Source of the DNA: Alloascoidea hylecoeti | Lineage: Eukaryota | Direction: 5' to 3' | Assembly (NCBI GenBank): GCA_001600815.1 | Contig: BCKZ01000005.1 | Span: forward strand, 495,727 to 559,726 | Length of the DNA stretch: 64,000 bases | Part shown: piece after piece, positions 1 to 11,041 of the stretch | How the letters are laid out: every line of letters begins with the position of its first letter | Position numbering within the stretch: position 1 is the stretch's first letter | Notes under the pieces: generated by a model | The model's input: only the letters and a program-made list of their open reading frames with translations | What the model was told of the DNA's origin: nothing | Database searches by the model: none | Translations under genes and position numbers: made by a program

Positions 1-300
1 GGTTCATCAGAAGGTTCTTCTCCTGCTGCTTCTGCTGCTTCTTCTGAGTCTACAGGATCTGTTTCTAGTGAAGGTTCATCTGGTTCATCAGAAGGTTCTT
101 CCTCAGCCACAGAATCTGCTTCTACAACTGCTGCCTCCACTTCAGTTTCTGGTGGATCAATCCCTTCAGTTGTCACATCTTATGCTTCTGCTTCCAAGAG
201 TGCTTATCCAACTCTTTCAAGTTACACAGGTGGTGTTCCAAGGGGACAAGTTGTTTCCGGAAGTTTCGCTGGTTTAGTTGCCTTAATCTATTTACTGTAA
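1..300 (+). CDS. 3' end of a Ser/Thr/Ala/Gly-rich, probably GPI-anchored cell-wall protein (partial, runs off the window)
   Basis: Frame 1 is open from base 1 to TAA at 298-300: GSSEGSS repeats, then ...SSYTGGVPRGQVVSGSFAGLVALIYLL*, a small-residue omega region plus a hydrophobic C-terminal tail. Confidence 0.75.
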   Translation, partial: GSSEGSSPAASAASSESTGSVSSEGSSGSSEGSSSATESASTTAASTSVSGGSIPSVVTSYASASKSAYPTLSSYTGGVPRGQVVSGSFAGLVALIYLL

Positions 301-2183
301 CTTGATACAATGGTATCAGATTTAGCTTTTTTAGCCGTTAATTTATATGGGGTTTTGTTTATTCTTTCACACTGAAATTATTTATTTTTATTTGTTCCTC
401 CTTCAACTTCAACATTCTTGATTAATATTAATATATTGAAGTATTCTTACACTTTAACGTTATTACATTCTTACATTTTAAAATTTTCCTGAGTTTATTA
501 CCTTTTTTGTATTTTCGATTACCATATTGCATTTTTAAAATTTATTGGAATTATATATTTTCTAGAGGAACGTTTTAGAAAAAAACTGTTTTCACCTTTT
601 TGATTCTTTTATGATATATAAATATTTCTATTATATAAGCATAATCATTATCATTATCATTTTATCAACTTCTTTATATATTATTTTGTTTCTTTACACT
701 TTTTGAATTGTTTTATTACTATATTTTTTGGGATTCTTTAAAGAATTCTTAAGTTTCGGTCTAGAGATATCATAAGTTTTCATCATTGCAATTGATCGAT
801 AATTTGATCATTTTCACCTTATAATATAACTTGTGTTATATATGTATCAATATTCTTTGTGGTAGTTCGTTTACTAGCCATAGATAAATTCGTTGATTCG
901 TTCATCATCTATTCACGTTTTATATTTAATTTTATATTTAATTCTTAATACATTTTTTATATTTTCCAGCTTAGCTTAATTATAAACATAAATCATACTA
1001 TTAGATTAAAATTTCAAATAGTAAAGAAGTTGTGGTAGTTTAAGATTTTATGGATAATACCTCGAATTCAATATTACAACTTGAACCAAACTAGAGCTCG
1101 ACTCCTGCTCGGGTACTCTATAAATAAACGTTCTTAAATTGCGTAATTTTCCGTACATTCTAGAGATCATATCAAAATTGGCGTATAAGACGACATTATA
1201 GTTTAATATTTGGTGTGGCAATTGATATCCTTATCGATTCCTTATCCGTATAAATGGCAGCTGTTCTACACGGTCTGGACTCAAATCAATAAGATCATCC
1301 CGTGATCGATGAGAGACATAATTATTCTACACCATGTGAAGTTCATGATCGCAATTCCTGACTTAGGATGCACTATTATGATGAGATTCCACACGTGCTC
1401 AATTAGATTTAAGCAATGCATCTATCTCCTTGTAACGAAATCAATTAAATGTGAGTCCATACCATAAGTTTTACAGATCCAGACTTCTTTTACTATAAAT
1501 ATTTTGAAGTTCAAAGGCCCGACGTGATTGTCGTGGAGCATATACCGTACTTTTTCAGATTTGGATTCTATGCCGAACATTTGCCACTAAATAAGTTACA
1601 ACTCTACCTTTGCCACTTAAGGTTATGCCCGTGATATCTACATGACATATGCTTTTTAAACTTGGAATTGTTTGACAATTGAGTTAATTAACATCGGAGA
1701 GTTTAGTCTATCATTGTCTACAGTGTCTACAACATAGTAGACGGCTTCAGGAGCGATAAAACACTTAATTAACGGGAACAACATTTTTTGTTATATATAA
1801 TGAAGCTCGCAATTATCTCGTTTAGAACCAGAAACATCAAGTTTTTTATTAATGAACTTTCTTGAGCTTAATATTCTATTTATAATCAAAGAGGGAAGAA
1901 ATTGACTCATATTTTTTTGAACTATATATATGTATGAATATTTCAAACTGTATTGGTAAAGTTGCATATAACTGAATTTTTTCAATATTTTTAGCTACAG
2001 TAATGAGATAATATCTCCATTTAACCCCAGTTGAAAAACTGGATATATGCCACCGATCATACTTTATAGAATTTATAGTATAATAATGACTCATAGTTTA
2101 TATGACTATTCAACATATATTTTCCAATATTCCTCCTCCAAAACATTTCATAATATATGTACTAAAGGGCAGAAAAGTGACTC

Positions 2184-4232
2184 ATGTCAAGGAAAAGAAA
2201 TAGCCAAAGTTTAAGTTCAGACTTGTTTGAAGGAGTTGATCCAGATTACTTACCATATTGGTCCAGCTTGAGGATACGAAACCCTTCAGAAGAGTCTTCC
2301 AGATCGGTAAATGTTTCAATCCCACAGTCAAATTCAGCTGTAGATACCGATATCAATAGCTCGAGTTCAATAACTGCTTCTACAACTGATACTCAGTTAA
2401 CTGTTCATACAACGAACGTTATAGAAGAGGAATATCATGAAGCTGCTCCTACAAAACATTATATCTGGCAGAGAATCTTGCAAACATCAATCAAATTATG
2501 TGAAGACGAAGTAAATTGTAATAGCATCGATAACCTTTTGAAGGAGTATTCAATTGGAGAAGTTGTTAAAGGTACCTTTACTCTGACAAATACATCTGAA
2601 GAAGAAGTCCGTCTTTATGATTTTTTAGTCACATTGAATGGAACAGCTAATGTTCAAAGAAAGAAAACAGATAGCTTAGGGTGTATAACTTCTAAACAAA
2701 CATTCCTTTCTCAAATAGATCATAAAGCAAGTAATTTGTTTGGTGATAGATCTCACACATGTAATCAAAGTTCATTAAGTATTGATGAAAATGGCACTAT
2801 AATTGGTTTACCAAATAGTGGCATTTTAAAACCAAAGATGAAATTTGTCATACCTTTTCAATTTAAACTACCATATACTCTTCTAGAAGGGCAAAATCAA
2901 CTCAAATCACATTATTTCCAGATTCCTCCCACTTTTGGAATCGATAAAGATATAATTGGGTATAAAGTGACAGATTGGAAAGGTGATTATCCAGAAATTA
3001 ATATAAATTCAAATGCTGGATATACAAAAGTTCCACATCCTACTAAAACACTTTTAGTTGTTAATGATAAATGTCCAAAATATTGCTATGTGTCATATAC
3101 CATTTCTATCAAAATGATTGGATATAATCATTTTGCAAAAACTGAACCAATAGAAATATTAAAAGAAATAAAACAAAATATTAGAGTTATTTCAACCGGT
3201 TATCATTATGATTTAGAAGAAGAAATGATACAAGACTCCAATTTATTAGGAATAATAAAAAGCAATCGGGAAAATGCTAATCCTAGCTCCAGACCTAGAT
3301 CCAGTGTATCTCATAGTTGCAATTCCAGTTCGAAAGAAGCTAAGTTTTCATCACATATAAATACGATAGGCACCTCAAGTTCTCCATTAACCATACAGAC
3401 ACAAGAAGTTCAAAAAAGTTATAAACTATCAATGTATTCAGATAATATTAGTACTTGTATCGGATCTTTAGATTTAAAAGCTAAAGTTCCAAAAAGGGGG
3501 TTTCAATACGTTCCACCAAAGTGTTTAAAAAGGTTAAACAAAAAAAATCAATTAAAATCTCCTATGTCAGATAATCCTCCTCCTGATTATGAATCCATTC
3601 TTCTAGATGCTATGGACTTGATTCCATCCGATTTTAAAGAACTAAAGGATATTTCAATAAAAGTTCAATATCATATGCATGATCCTGGTATCATACCAGT
3701 CATTTCACAGGTTATGGTATATCTTAATGTCTTCACTTTTTACAATAATCAAAGAAATCCGATACTTTTCAATACTGATATGGTCAATAATGGAACATTA
3801 TCACATCCAAATATTGATGATATTGATGAGTTAAAAGAATTAGATTGGACTGTGTGTAGGATACCTCTATCTAAGAGATCCAAATCTCGGAAAAACTTGG
3901 CTATAGGAGGTTCATCATTGAAAAACTTTGTCTCTTTACTCTCTAATAAATCTGTAAGTACAGTTAATGATTATGAGGAAGACAATAACATTATTTTATC
4001 TGATTGGAAGCTTAATTCAAAACATGATGATATTTGGGAAAAAGAGATAACAATGAAATTAGATATTGTTGAATTGATGATGAAACAAAATATTTGCCTT
4101 GTTCCTAGTTTCCATTCACCATTAATATCAAGAATATATGAAGTTGAAGTTGAATTAGAGATGGAGGATCAAATAAAATCAGATTCAAAAATTTCTTTAA
4201 AAATCCCTGTTCGTATCAGAAAGATGAATTGA
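2184..4232 (+). CDS. Bul1-family arrestin-like Rsp5 adaptor
   Basis: 682 aa. Bul1_N-like motifs LKEYSIGEVVKG, GTIIGLPNSGILKP, FQFKLP, IPPTFGID; Bul1_C-like LVPSFHSPLISRIY; PY motif PPPDY. Confidence 0.8.
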   Translation: MSRKRNSQSLSSDLFEGVDPDYLPYWSSLRIRNPSEESSRSVNVSIPQSNSAVDTDINSSSSITASTTDTQLTVHTTNVIEEEYHEAAPTKHYIWQRILQTSIKLCEDEVNCNSIDNLLKEYSIGEVVKGTFTLTNTSEEEVRLYDFLVTLNGTANVQRKKTDSLGCITSKQTFLSQIDHKASNLFGDRSHTCNQSSLSIDENGTIIGLPNSGILKPKMKFVIPFQFKLPYTLLEGQNQLKSHYFQIPPTFGIDKDIIGYKVTDWKGDYPEININSNAGYTKVPHPTKTLLVVNDKCPKYCYVSYTISIKMIGYNHFAKTEPIEILKEIKQNIRVISTGYHYDLEEEMIQDSNLLGIIKSNRENANPSSRPRSSVSHSCNSSSKEAKFSSHINTIGTSSSPLTIQTQEVQKSYKLSMYSDNISTCIGSLDLKAKVPKRGFQYVPPKCLKRLNKKNQLKSPMSDNPPPDYESILLDAMDLIPSDFKELKDISIKVQYHMHDPGIIPVISQVMVYLNVFTFYNNQRNPILFNTDMVNNGTLSHPNIDDIDELKELDWTVCRIPLSKRSKSRKNLAIGGSSLKNFVSLLSNKSVSTVNDYEEDNNIILSDWKLNSKHDDIWEKEITMKLDIVELMMKQNICLVPSFHSPLISRIYEVEVELEMEDQIKSDSKISLKIPVRIRKMN

Positions 4233-4536
4233 TTATAAATTGGGTTATATATATCATAAGTAGAAATATAACATTTATTAATATTTCATAGGAGTACTCT
4301 TTTTCCAGGACAAAAAATTGATTCAACCGACCGTTTTTATGACATCTGGATACGAGAAACAAAAAGGATCTTAGACTATCACCCACTGATTACTTTCCCT
4401 GCGTAGTGGATTGAGTGGCCTAAATTAAGTGGAATGAATGATACAATTTGCAACATAAATTTTACCATTTTTTGTTAACCTCCAACCACCAATTGAAAAT
4501 CTATTGCAATTGCTGTTGTATCACAATCAAACATTA

Positions 4537-5802
4537 ATGCCCCATCTAAATCATCTTGATGCTTTTTCAGATAAATCAACATTACTTTCAAAATATAAAG
4601 GGGTAAATATAAATGATATCCCAACTCCTGCATTTATAGTTGATAAAACAATAATGGAATCAAATTGTTGTAAAATGTTGGAAAATATTCAACATTTAAA
4701 TCATCATGTTAAATTTCGAGCACATGTAAAAGCACATAAAACAGTTGAAGGTACAAAATTACAATTACAAAATGGATTAGTTAAAAGAGTTATTGTATCT
4801 ACTGTGGTTGAAGGATATATGTGTTTAGAATTAGTTAAACTTGGTATTGTTAATGATATACTTTACGGTTTACCACCATATAAAAATCAAATTTTTGATT
4901 TTTTAAAAATTTCTGATTTAGTTGAAAATTTTAGAATTATGATTGATGATATTTCACAATTAAAAATGTTAACCGATTATAATTTAAAAAATAAAAGATC
5001 AAAAAAATGGTCAGTTTATTTTAAAATTGATGTTGGATCACATCGTGCTGGTAAAGAAATTGGTACTTCAGGATTTAATGAAATTTTAAATGCTTTATTA
5101 ATTGATGATAATGATAATAAAATTAAAGAAAATATATCATTATTTGGTTTTTATACGCATGCTGGACATGCTTATCAATCAAGATCATTAAATGTTGCAA
5201 AATATTATTTACAACAAGAAATTGATGCAGTTAATAAAGCAGCAGCAGAAGCTAAAAAAATTGACCCAAAATTAATTTTACATTTAGGTGTTGGTGCAAC
5301 ACCAACGGCTCATGCTTCATCAATACTTGATATTGTAAATTTTCCAGAATTAAATGGTATTCTAGAAATTCATGCAGGTAATTATCCATTTAATGATTTA
5401 CAACAAGTTGCAACTGGTTGTGTTAAAATGGAAAATATTGCATGTGGTATATTAGCAGATGTTATATCACAATATCCAAATCGTGGTCCTAAACAACCAG
5501 GAGAAGTTTTAATAAATGCAGGAGTTATTGCATTAACAAGGGAAGCTGGGCCAATGCCTGGTTTTGGTAGAGTCTATACACCTTTAAAATATCAAGATTG
5601 GATTGTTGGAAGAATTAGTCAAGAACATGGTATTTTAACACCATTAGTGGGGACCAAGAAAACTATAATGCCAAGGGCTGGAGAAAGATTAAAAATATTA
5701 CCACAACATTCTTGTATTAGTGCTGCTAGCTTCCCATATATTTATGTTGTTGATGGTAGTGATGAAATTGTAGATATTTGGATTGTTTGGAGAGGATGGT
5801 AA
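4537..5802 (+). CDS. DSD1: D-serine dehydratase (fold-type III PLP, Zn-dependent)
   Basis: First ATG at 4537. Motifs PTPAF, FRAHVKAHKT (PLP lysine), HAGHAY, GATPTAH, EIHAGNYPFNDLQQ, SQEHG, PQHSC; ends ...WRGW. Confidence 0.9.
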   Translation: MPHLNHLDAFSDKSTLLSKYKGVNINDIPTPAFIVDKTIMESNCCKMLENIQHLNHHVKFRAHVKAHKTVEGTKLQLQNGLVKRVIVSTVVEGYMCLELVKLGIVNDILYGLPPYKNQIFDFLKISDLVENFRIMIDDISQLKMLTDYNLKNKRSKKWSVYFKIDVGSHRAGKEIGTSGFNEILNALLIDDNDNKIKENISLFGFYTHAGHAYQSRSLNVAKYYLQQEIDAVNKAAAEAKKIDPKLILHLGVGATPTAHASSILDIVNFPELNGILEIHAGNYPFNDLQQVATGCVKMENIACGILADVISQYPNRGPKQPGEVLINAGVIALTREAGPMPGFGRVYTPLKYQDWIVGRISQEHGILTPLVGTKKTIMPRAGERLKILPQHSCISAASFPYIYVVDGSDEIVDIWIVWRGW

Positions 5803-5937
5803 TCAATTACATTTAGTAGGTAGTTTGTATTATGTTATTTTGCATCTATAAAAGTTTTCATTTCATTATTCATTTAATTTTATTTATTTATATTTATATA
5901 AAAGTATTTATTTTTGTAAAAACCGGTTGAATTTCCA

Positions 5938-6837
5938 TCATTTTTTAAAAACTGGTTGAATAATACCATGGTTTTCAGTATATTTTGTATTAGCAGGTTC
6001 AGGACTTGACCAATCTTTTAATATTGAATCATCAATAATTTTATAAATTTCAACACCTAATGGTCTACAACAGTCAACCATATCAGTTTCAATTTCATTA
6101 TCATTTTCACCCCAACCCCATTGACTTAAATCACCACCAGGACAAGCAGATAATGCACAAATTAAATCAACTTCAGCAAAAATTTCAAAGAAATCATTTT
6201 TTGTTGCAGGACATGCTTGCATAAAATAACGATCTTTTTCATCTAATCCTGTTAATTGGAAAACATTTAAAACATCATGTACATCAAATTCAGTTAATCC
6301 AAAAGGTTGAACAGCTCTTGTTAAATTTGAATGACAATGATAGTTGAAATCATCACCGGATAAAATTTTATCAACATAAGGATCACATCTTGTACCTAAT
6401 AAATCATGAACTCTTCCACCCCATTCATTTACACCATAATTGGATAACGAATCATTTGTAATTGTACATAAAGGTCTTAAATAAGGTAAATTTGACCATA
6501 ATCTATCATAGGTAGAAACATGAGCAGCATGTAATTGTCTAGTTCTAGCGGCCCAAAATCTTTCTCTTGGATTATTTGCATTCCAAAGATTAAAATCACC
6601 AACTTGTGGGCCTTCAGGTGTTGTTAAACGACAAACGTAACCAGCGGGGATCTTCCAAGCTTTTGCAGACCTAATTGGAATTATGAATTTTTCAACCAAT
6701 TGCCTTTTCCCATTATCGGCAGTTTCAGCAATTTTTGAATAAAAATCCCGATCAGCATAAAGAATAGATCCTTTTGTTGGAAGATAGGCTGGGACAGGTT
6801 TTGGGAGGTTTCTATTGATGATATTTGAAGAGGCCAT
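5938..6837 (-). CDS. DUF1989 / urea-carboxylase-associated family protein
   Basis: 299 aa with GPQVGDFNLW, ERFWAARTRQLH, HDLLGTRCDPY, CHSNL, DVHDVLNVFQ and ALSACPGGD, characteristic of the family. Confidence 0.85.
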   Translation of the reverse strand: MASSNIINRNLPKPVPAYLPTKGSILYADRDFYSKIAETADNGKRQLVEKFIIPIRSAKAWKIPAGYVCRLTTPEGPQVGDFNLWNANNPRERFWAARTRQLHAAHVSTYDRLWSNLPYLRPLCTITNDSLSNYGVNEWGGRVHDLLGTRCDPYVDKILSGDDFNYHCHSNLTRAVQPFGLTEFDVHDVLNVFQLTGLDEKDRYFMQACPATKNDFFEIFAEVDLICALSACPGGDLSQWGWGENDNEIETDMVDCCRPLGVEIYKIIDDSILKDWSSPEPANTKYTENHGIIQPVFKK

Positions 6838-7044
6838 TTCTGTATTTACAATATGACAAAAAAAGATAAGAAGTCCAAAAGTTCAAGATTTATATGGAAG
6901 TTCTGATCTCGGCCGTATAATACGAATTATGTCTCACCAGTAAAAGTATAATTATAATTATTTCATGAATGGGCTTGTCATGTGACATCTGGGTCATCGA
7001 AAATCAAAATTGCTTTATTCTTTCTTCTCCGCACAGATCTAGGT

Positions 7045-7485
7045 ATGGCATTTTCACTTGGACCACGTTATTACTACTACGGGACCAACACCAACTCGAG
7101 GTTTCACTCGTGGGGCCGCTGGGTTATAGTGGCAGTCGTTATCTTTTTCGTTTTGGCTATGTGTGCTGTATGTTGTGGCAACAAGAAACGCAAGAGGCCA
7201 TTGCCAGGAACTGCATGGGCCACCCCCAACAGTTGGTACCAGGTTCAGCATCAGCAGCAGGGTTATTACAACAATGCCGGCCAATTGCAGGACCACGAGG
7301 CCCAGGGTTACCACAACACCCAGGGATATCAGAACCACCAGAACCAGAGCCAGTACGAGCAACAACCCCAGAATACTCACAACACCCAGAACGCTCAGAA
7401 CATCCAGTCTGAACAAACAAACGGGCTCAATGACTACGAAATGAGTCAGTATCCCCAACCACCACCTGCTTATGCTCCCAAATGA
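7045..7485 (+). CDS. Rcr1-like single-pass membrane protein with PY motif
   Basis: ATG at 7045 in the 6982 frame. WGRW then a hydrophobic TM segment, basic KKRKR, PGTAW, Q/N-rich tail and C-terminal PPPAY. Confidence 0.7.
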   Translation: MAFSLGPRYYYYGTNTNSRFHSWGRWVIVAVVIFFVLAMCAVCCGNKKRKRPLPGTAWATPNSWYQVQHQQQGYYNNAGQLQDHEAQGYHNTQGYQNHQNQSQYEQQPQNTHNTQNAQNIQSEQTNGLNDYEMSQYPQPPPAYAPK

Positions 7486-7683
7486 GCCCTTTTACTATAA
7501 TAATGTTGCTTGGCACAATTTTTCAGGCTAGAAATTATCACGTGGGTCTCAATATGTATCATTAATAATATATTACCTAATTATAAGTATCTATATTCAC
7601 GTGCTCCCTAAAGAAATGTAATGTTGTATGAAAAGGAAACTTCTGTTTGGCTGAACATTTAAATTGAAATTTGGTAATTCACA

Positions 7684-8847
7684 ATGTTCTGTCTTCTGAG
7701 AAGGAGAGTATCTTCCAACTCAAGACTATTATCTTTTAAACCTGCTCAATGTGGCATCATTCAGTTACGTGGGGTTAAAACTTCAAATCTTGATTGGAAG
7801 CCAATTCGTGTAAGGGGTAAAAAAGTTGATAATGATGGTGATGGTGATGGTGATAAACAGCATAAATTTGCTAGAAAAGTGTTTTTTAGTTTGATGGGTA
7901 TGTATTTAGTTTTACAATTGTGCTATATTATATTCGTTTAACAATCTGTTACTCAAATAGTATTAATGCCTGTTATTTCTTTTGGTCTTGGTTCCTGGCA
8001 AATTAAAAGATTAAAATGGAAAACTGATCTAATTGCTGAATGTGAGGATCGTCTTTCTTTACCTCCTTTGCCATTGCCTAAATCCGTTGATCCTGCTGTT
8101 ATACCTGAATTTGAATATCGTAGAGTTTTAATTACTGGAAAATTCCAACATGATGAAGAAATGTATGTTGGTCCAAGATATTATGAGGATAAACCTGGTT
8201 ATGAAGTAATTACTCCAATGATACGAGAAAATGGTTCAAAAATTTTAATACATAGAGGTTGGATATCAAAAGATTTTCTTGATCGAAGCAAAAGAAATTT
8301 ACAACATTTATCTTTACCTTCAAATACTATTACTGTTGAATGTTTATTAAGAAGTTTACCAGAAAGAAGTTATTTTGCAGCAACTGATAATCCAAAAGAA
8401 CATATGTATCATTGTATGGATATTGAAAAAATGGCAAAATACTCAAATTCTCAACCTGTTTATGCTCAAGCAATTTTTAATTTAAGAGCTAATCAATATG
8501 GTGAAGATCCTGAAAATTTATTAGAACATGAAAAACCTTTAATACATCCAAAAAAAGCATCATTAATGTTATGGTCTTCAAAAAATAATAATAAACAAAA
8601 AGAAGAAGAATTAGAAGCAAAAAAAATAAAAGAAATAATAGATGAAAGAGAATATTTACCTGATCAGTTTATAAATGCTGGTGTACCAATTGGTAAACCT
8701 GCAAAAGTTGCTTTTAGAAATAATCATGCCCAGTATATTGCAACTTGGTATGGTCTTTGTCTTTTCACTTCAATGATGTTAGTAAAATCACTTCGAAATC
8801 CTACTCAATTAGAAGCAAAAATAAGACATGCAAGGAAAACATGGTGA
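7684..8847 (+). CDS. SHY1: SURF1/Shy1 cytochrome c oxidase assembly factor (exons 7684-7897, 7961-8847)
   Basis: A GTATGT...TAG intron at 7898-7960 joins the two ORFs in frame. Mitochondrial-type N-terminus; motifs LGSWQIKRLKWK, EFEYRRV, HRGW, RNNHAQYIATWYGL. Confidence 0.92.
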
Positions 8848-10171
8848 ATGCTTCTTAATTCAACACATGATCAGTTCTTTTCAAATAATAAAACATTTTT
8901 TATAATAGTTCAATAAAAATTAGGTTAGCATTTTTTAAATTTGTACATAGTTATCATGATCATAATTATACCCATTTTAATTTAATTAAAGACATGCAAT
9001 TAATATTAATATTACAATTGAAATCTGATTTATGAAAATTTACAATAATAACAATAATGTTATCATAGTTATTTTGTCCTATATTAGGTTTTCTAACTTT
9101 AAATCTAGGTTACTAGACCCTTTTTAAGTAAGGAAACCACTCTCATAGAGTAAAAAACATCAACATCTTCATATTTATTTTACTTCTTTCTTTGACAAAA
9201 CTTTTTATTTTTGGACGGCCATTTAGCAATTATTTTTGGTGGGCTAAGGTGATTGACATAAGTTGAGTCCCGCAGCCTAATGGTTGAGGCTGACGAAAAC
9301 TAACATCAGAAGCCGCTTTCAATCCAGTAAAACCTAGGACAAAACTGTACTCACTAGAGCCACAAAATTTATTGCGCCATAGCCCAGAGATCGTTTCATA
9401 ACTTATAAAATGTATCATCACATTTTATTATGTTTTTCTTTCAATCTAAGTAGGATTTCATTTCTGCAACCTTTCCTATCATGATCACCTCTTACTTGAT
9501 GGCCTTCTTTCTGTATATCTATCACTAGTCAGCTACTTCGTAGTTTATTGCAATACAGGTAGCTCTTGTTGCAATTGTATTGTTCATGTTTTTGTTGAGT
9601 TATTGATTTAATCGCCTTTTGTTACGGGTTAAAACAAAAATGACAGATGGGTCGGCTATCACTGGTTTTCTGCTACAGTTTTCCTGTTGACTTTCAAATA
9701 CACTAATCCGAGGTGAGCCTCTGAACCTTGGTGAGGGTGTAGAATGCCAAAATAACATAGCTATATACATTACAATCCCACTTGAGCGTCCTTATAGTTA
9801 ATAAACTTACCTACTTACAGTACTTCATGTACTATGATATTAACGAAATGTTTGTTGAAGGATTACTGATAATAGGTTTATTAAATAAACGTTGATTATA
9901 GTTCTGAATAGAAAAGGACAAAAAAGTATCTTATTTTAGATATTTATACCCTCTAGATCTAGATCTCTGGGTCATGCTTTTGATTTTGTGTAAATAGATT
10001 AAGTAGGTCGATATCTTTTGCAAAAATTTAAATTATACTTACTCCTGGTTTATTCAGCTATGCTCTATTTTTCCATTTCAAATTAAACTACTTCAAACTA
10101 ATCCGTAAGTTTGGTAGAGGTTTTCCGGGTTTGAGTTTCCCATGGATATAAAATCAAGATAAAAAATTATT

Positions 10172-10266
10172 CGACAGACGCAGGATTCGAACCTACGCGG
10201 GCAAAGCCCAATTGATAACACTTCATGTATTCAAGTCAATCTCCTTAACCGCTCGGACAGCCTGTC
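10172..10266 (-). tRNA. tRNA-Ser, anticodon UGA, with 13-nt intron (10217-10229)
   Basis: Reverse complement folds as acceptor GACAGGC/GTCTGTC with discriminator G, anticodon stem ATTGA/TCAAT with loop CT-TGA-A, long variable arm GGGCTTTGCCC, T-loop GGTTCGAATCC, followed by a T-run terminator. Confidence 0.95.
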
Positions 10267-11041
10267 AGATTCATGTCTAAATCAAGTAACACATTCACAA
10301 GTGTTATGAAGGAACCCAAGGAGCTTTCAAGAGAAGAAAGAAAAGTGGCAAGAATACACAAAAATAAGAAGAATAGAAAGAGAGGTTTTTATTTCACTAT
10401 ATATAGTAGAAATTTCCTCAGAATTTACATAGTTTCTAGTTATATAATTTAATTGGAAAATATATGAAAAGTTAAAAAATAAGAAAATGAAATAAAATGT
10501 TATCCTGCCAACCATGAGTGGACTTTTATATAGTTATTTAGTAAGAAGAAGAGTGGGTGACTGTAGATACAGATAGATAACGACATCATGATCACGATCA
10601 ATATTAAAGATCAAACTCGTATCGTGAATAGGAGAGAGTATTTTTTGTAACGTATCATGTTGAATAAGAGGGAGTGAGAATGTGCCAAAAAAAGATTAAG
10701 GTTATAATTATAAGTAAAGGGTGGCGTGAAACGGATCATCGTAAAATATGAGTGAGAAAAGGGAAAAATAGAGATCTGGATACTCAATTATGGAGAGGTG
10801 GAGGTATGCGCTAGATTCTGGCTGGATTTACTCGGCAATTACATGAGGAGAGATGGAAACAATGTAAAGAAAAGTGAAATTTCTCCAGATTTGGCAGACA
10901 CGTCAGCCGTGGATCCCACGTGAGCGGAATAAGCGCTTTTCAACTGCAACAATCAAAAGTAAATTATAACAGGAGAACAATCATATAAAATATTGTCTGT
11001 CCACCAAAAATACACTGTTTTTAAACAGGACTCCAGTGATT

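Noticed and set aside
68..277. 69-aa ORF in the track
   Set aside because: Off-frame shadow of the Ser-rich GPI protein read in frame 1.
1791..2094. Two short overlapping minus-strand ORFs
   Set aside because: No recognisable domain; consistent with AT-rich intergenic noise.
6969..7458. Several overlapping ORFs on both strands
   Set aside because: A by-product of high GC and the Q/N repeats; only the 7045 frame has family motifs.
9230..9780. Moderately GC-rich stretch near the tRNA, possible retroelement relic
   Set aside because: No recognisable motif, termini or TSD.
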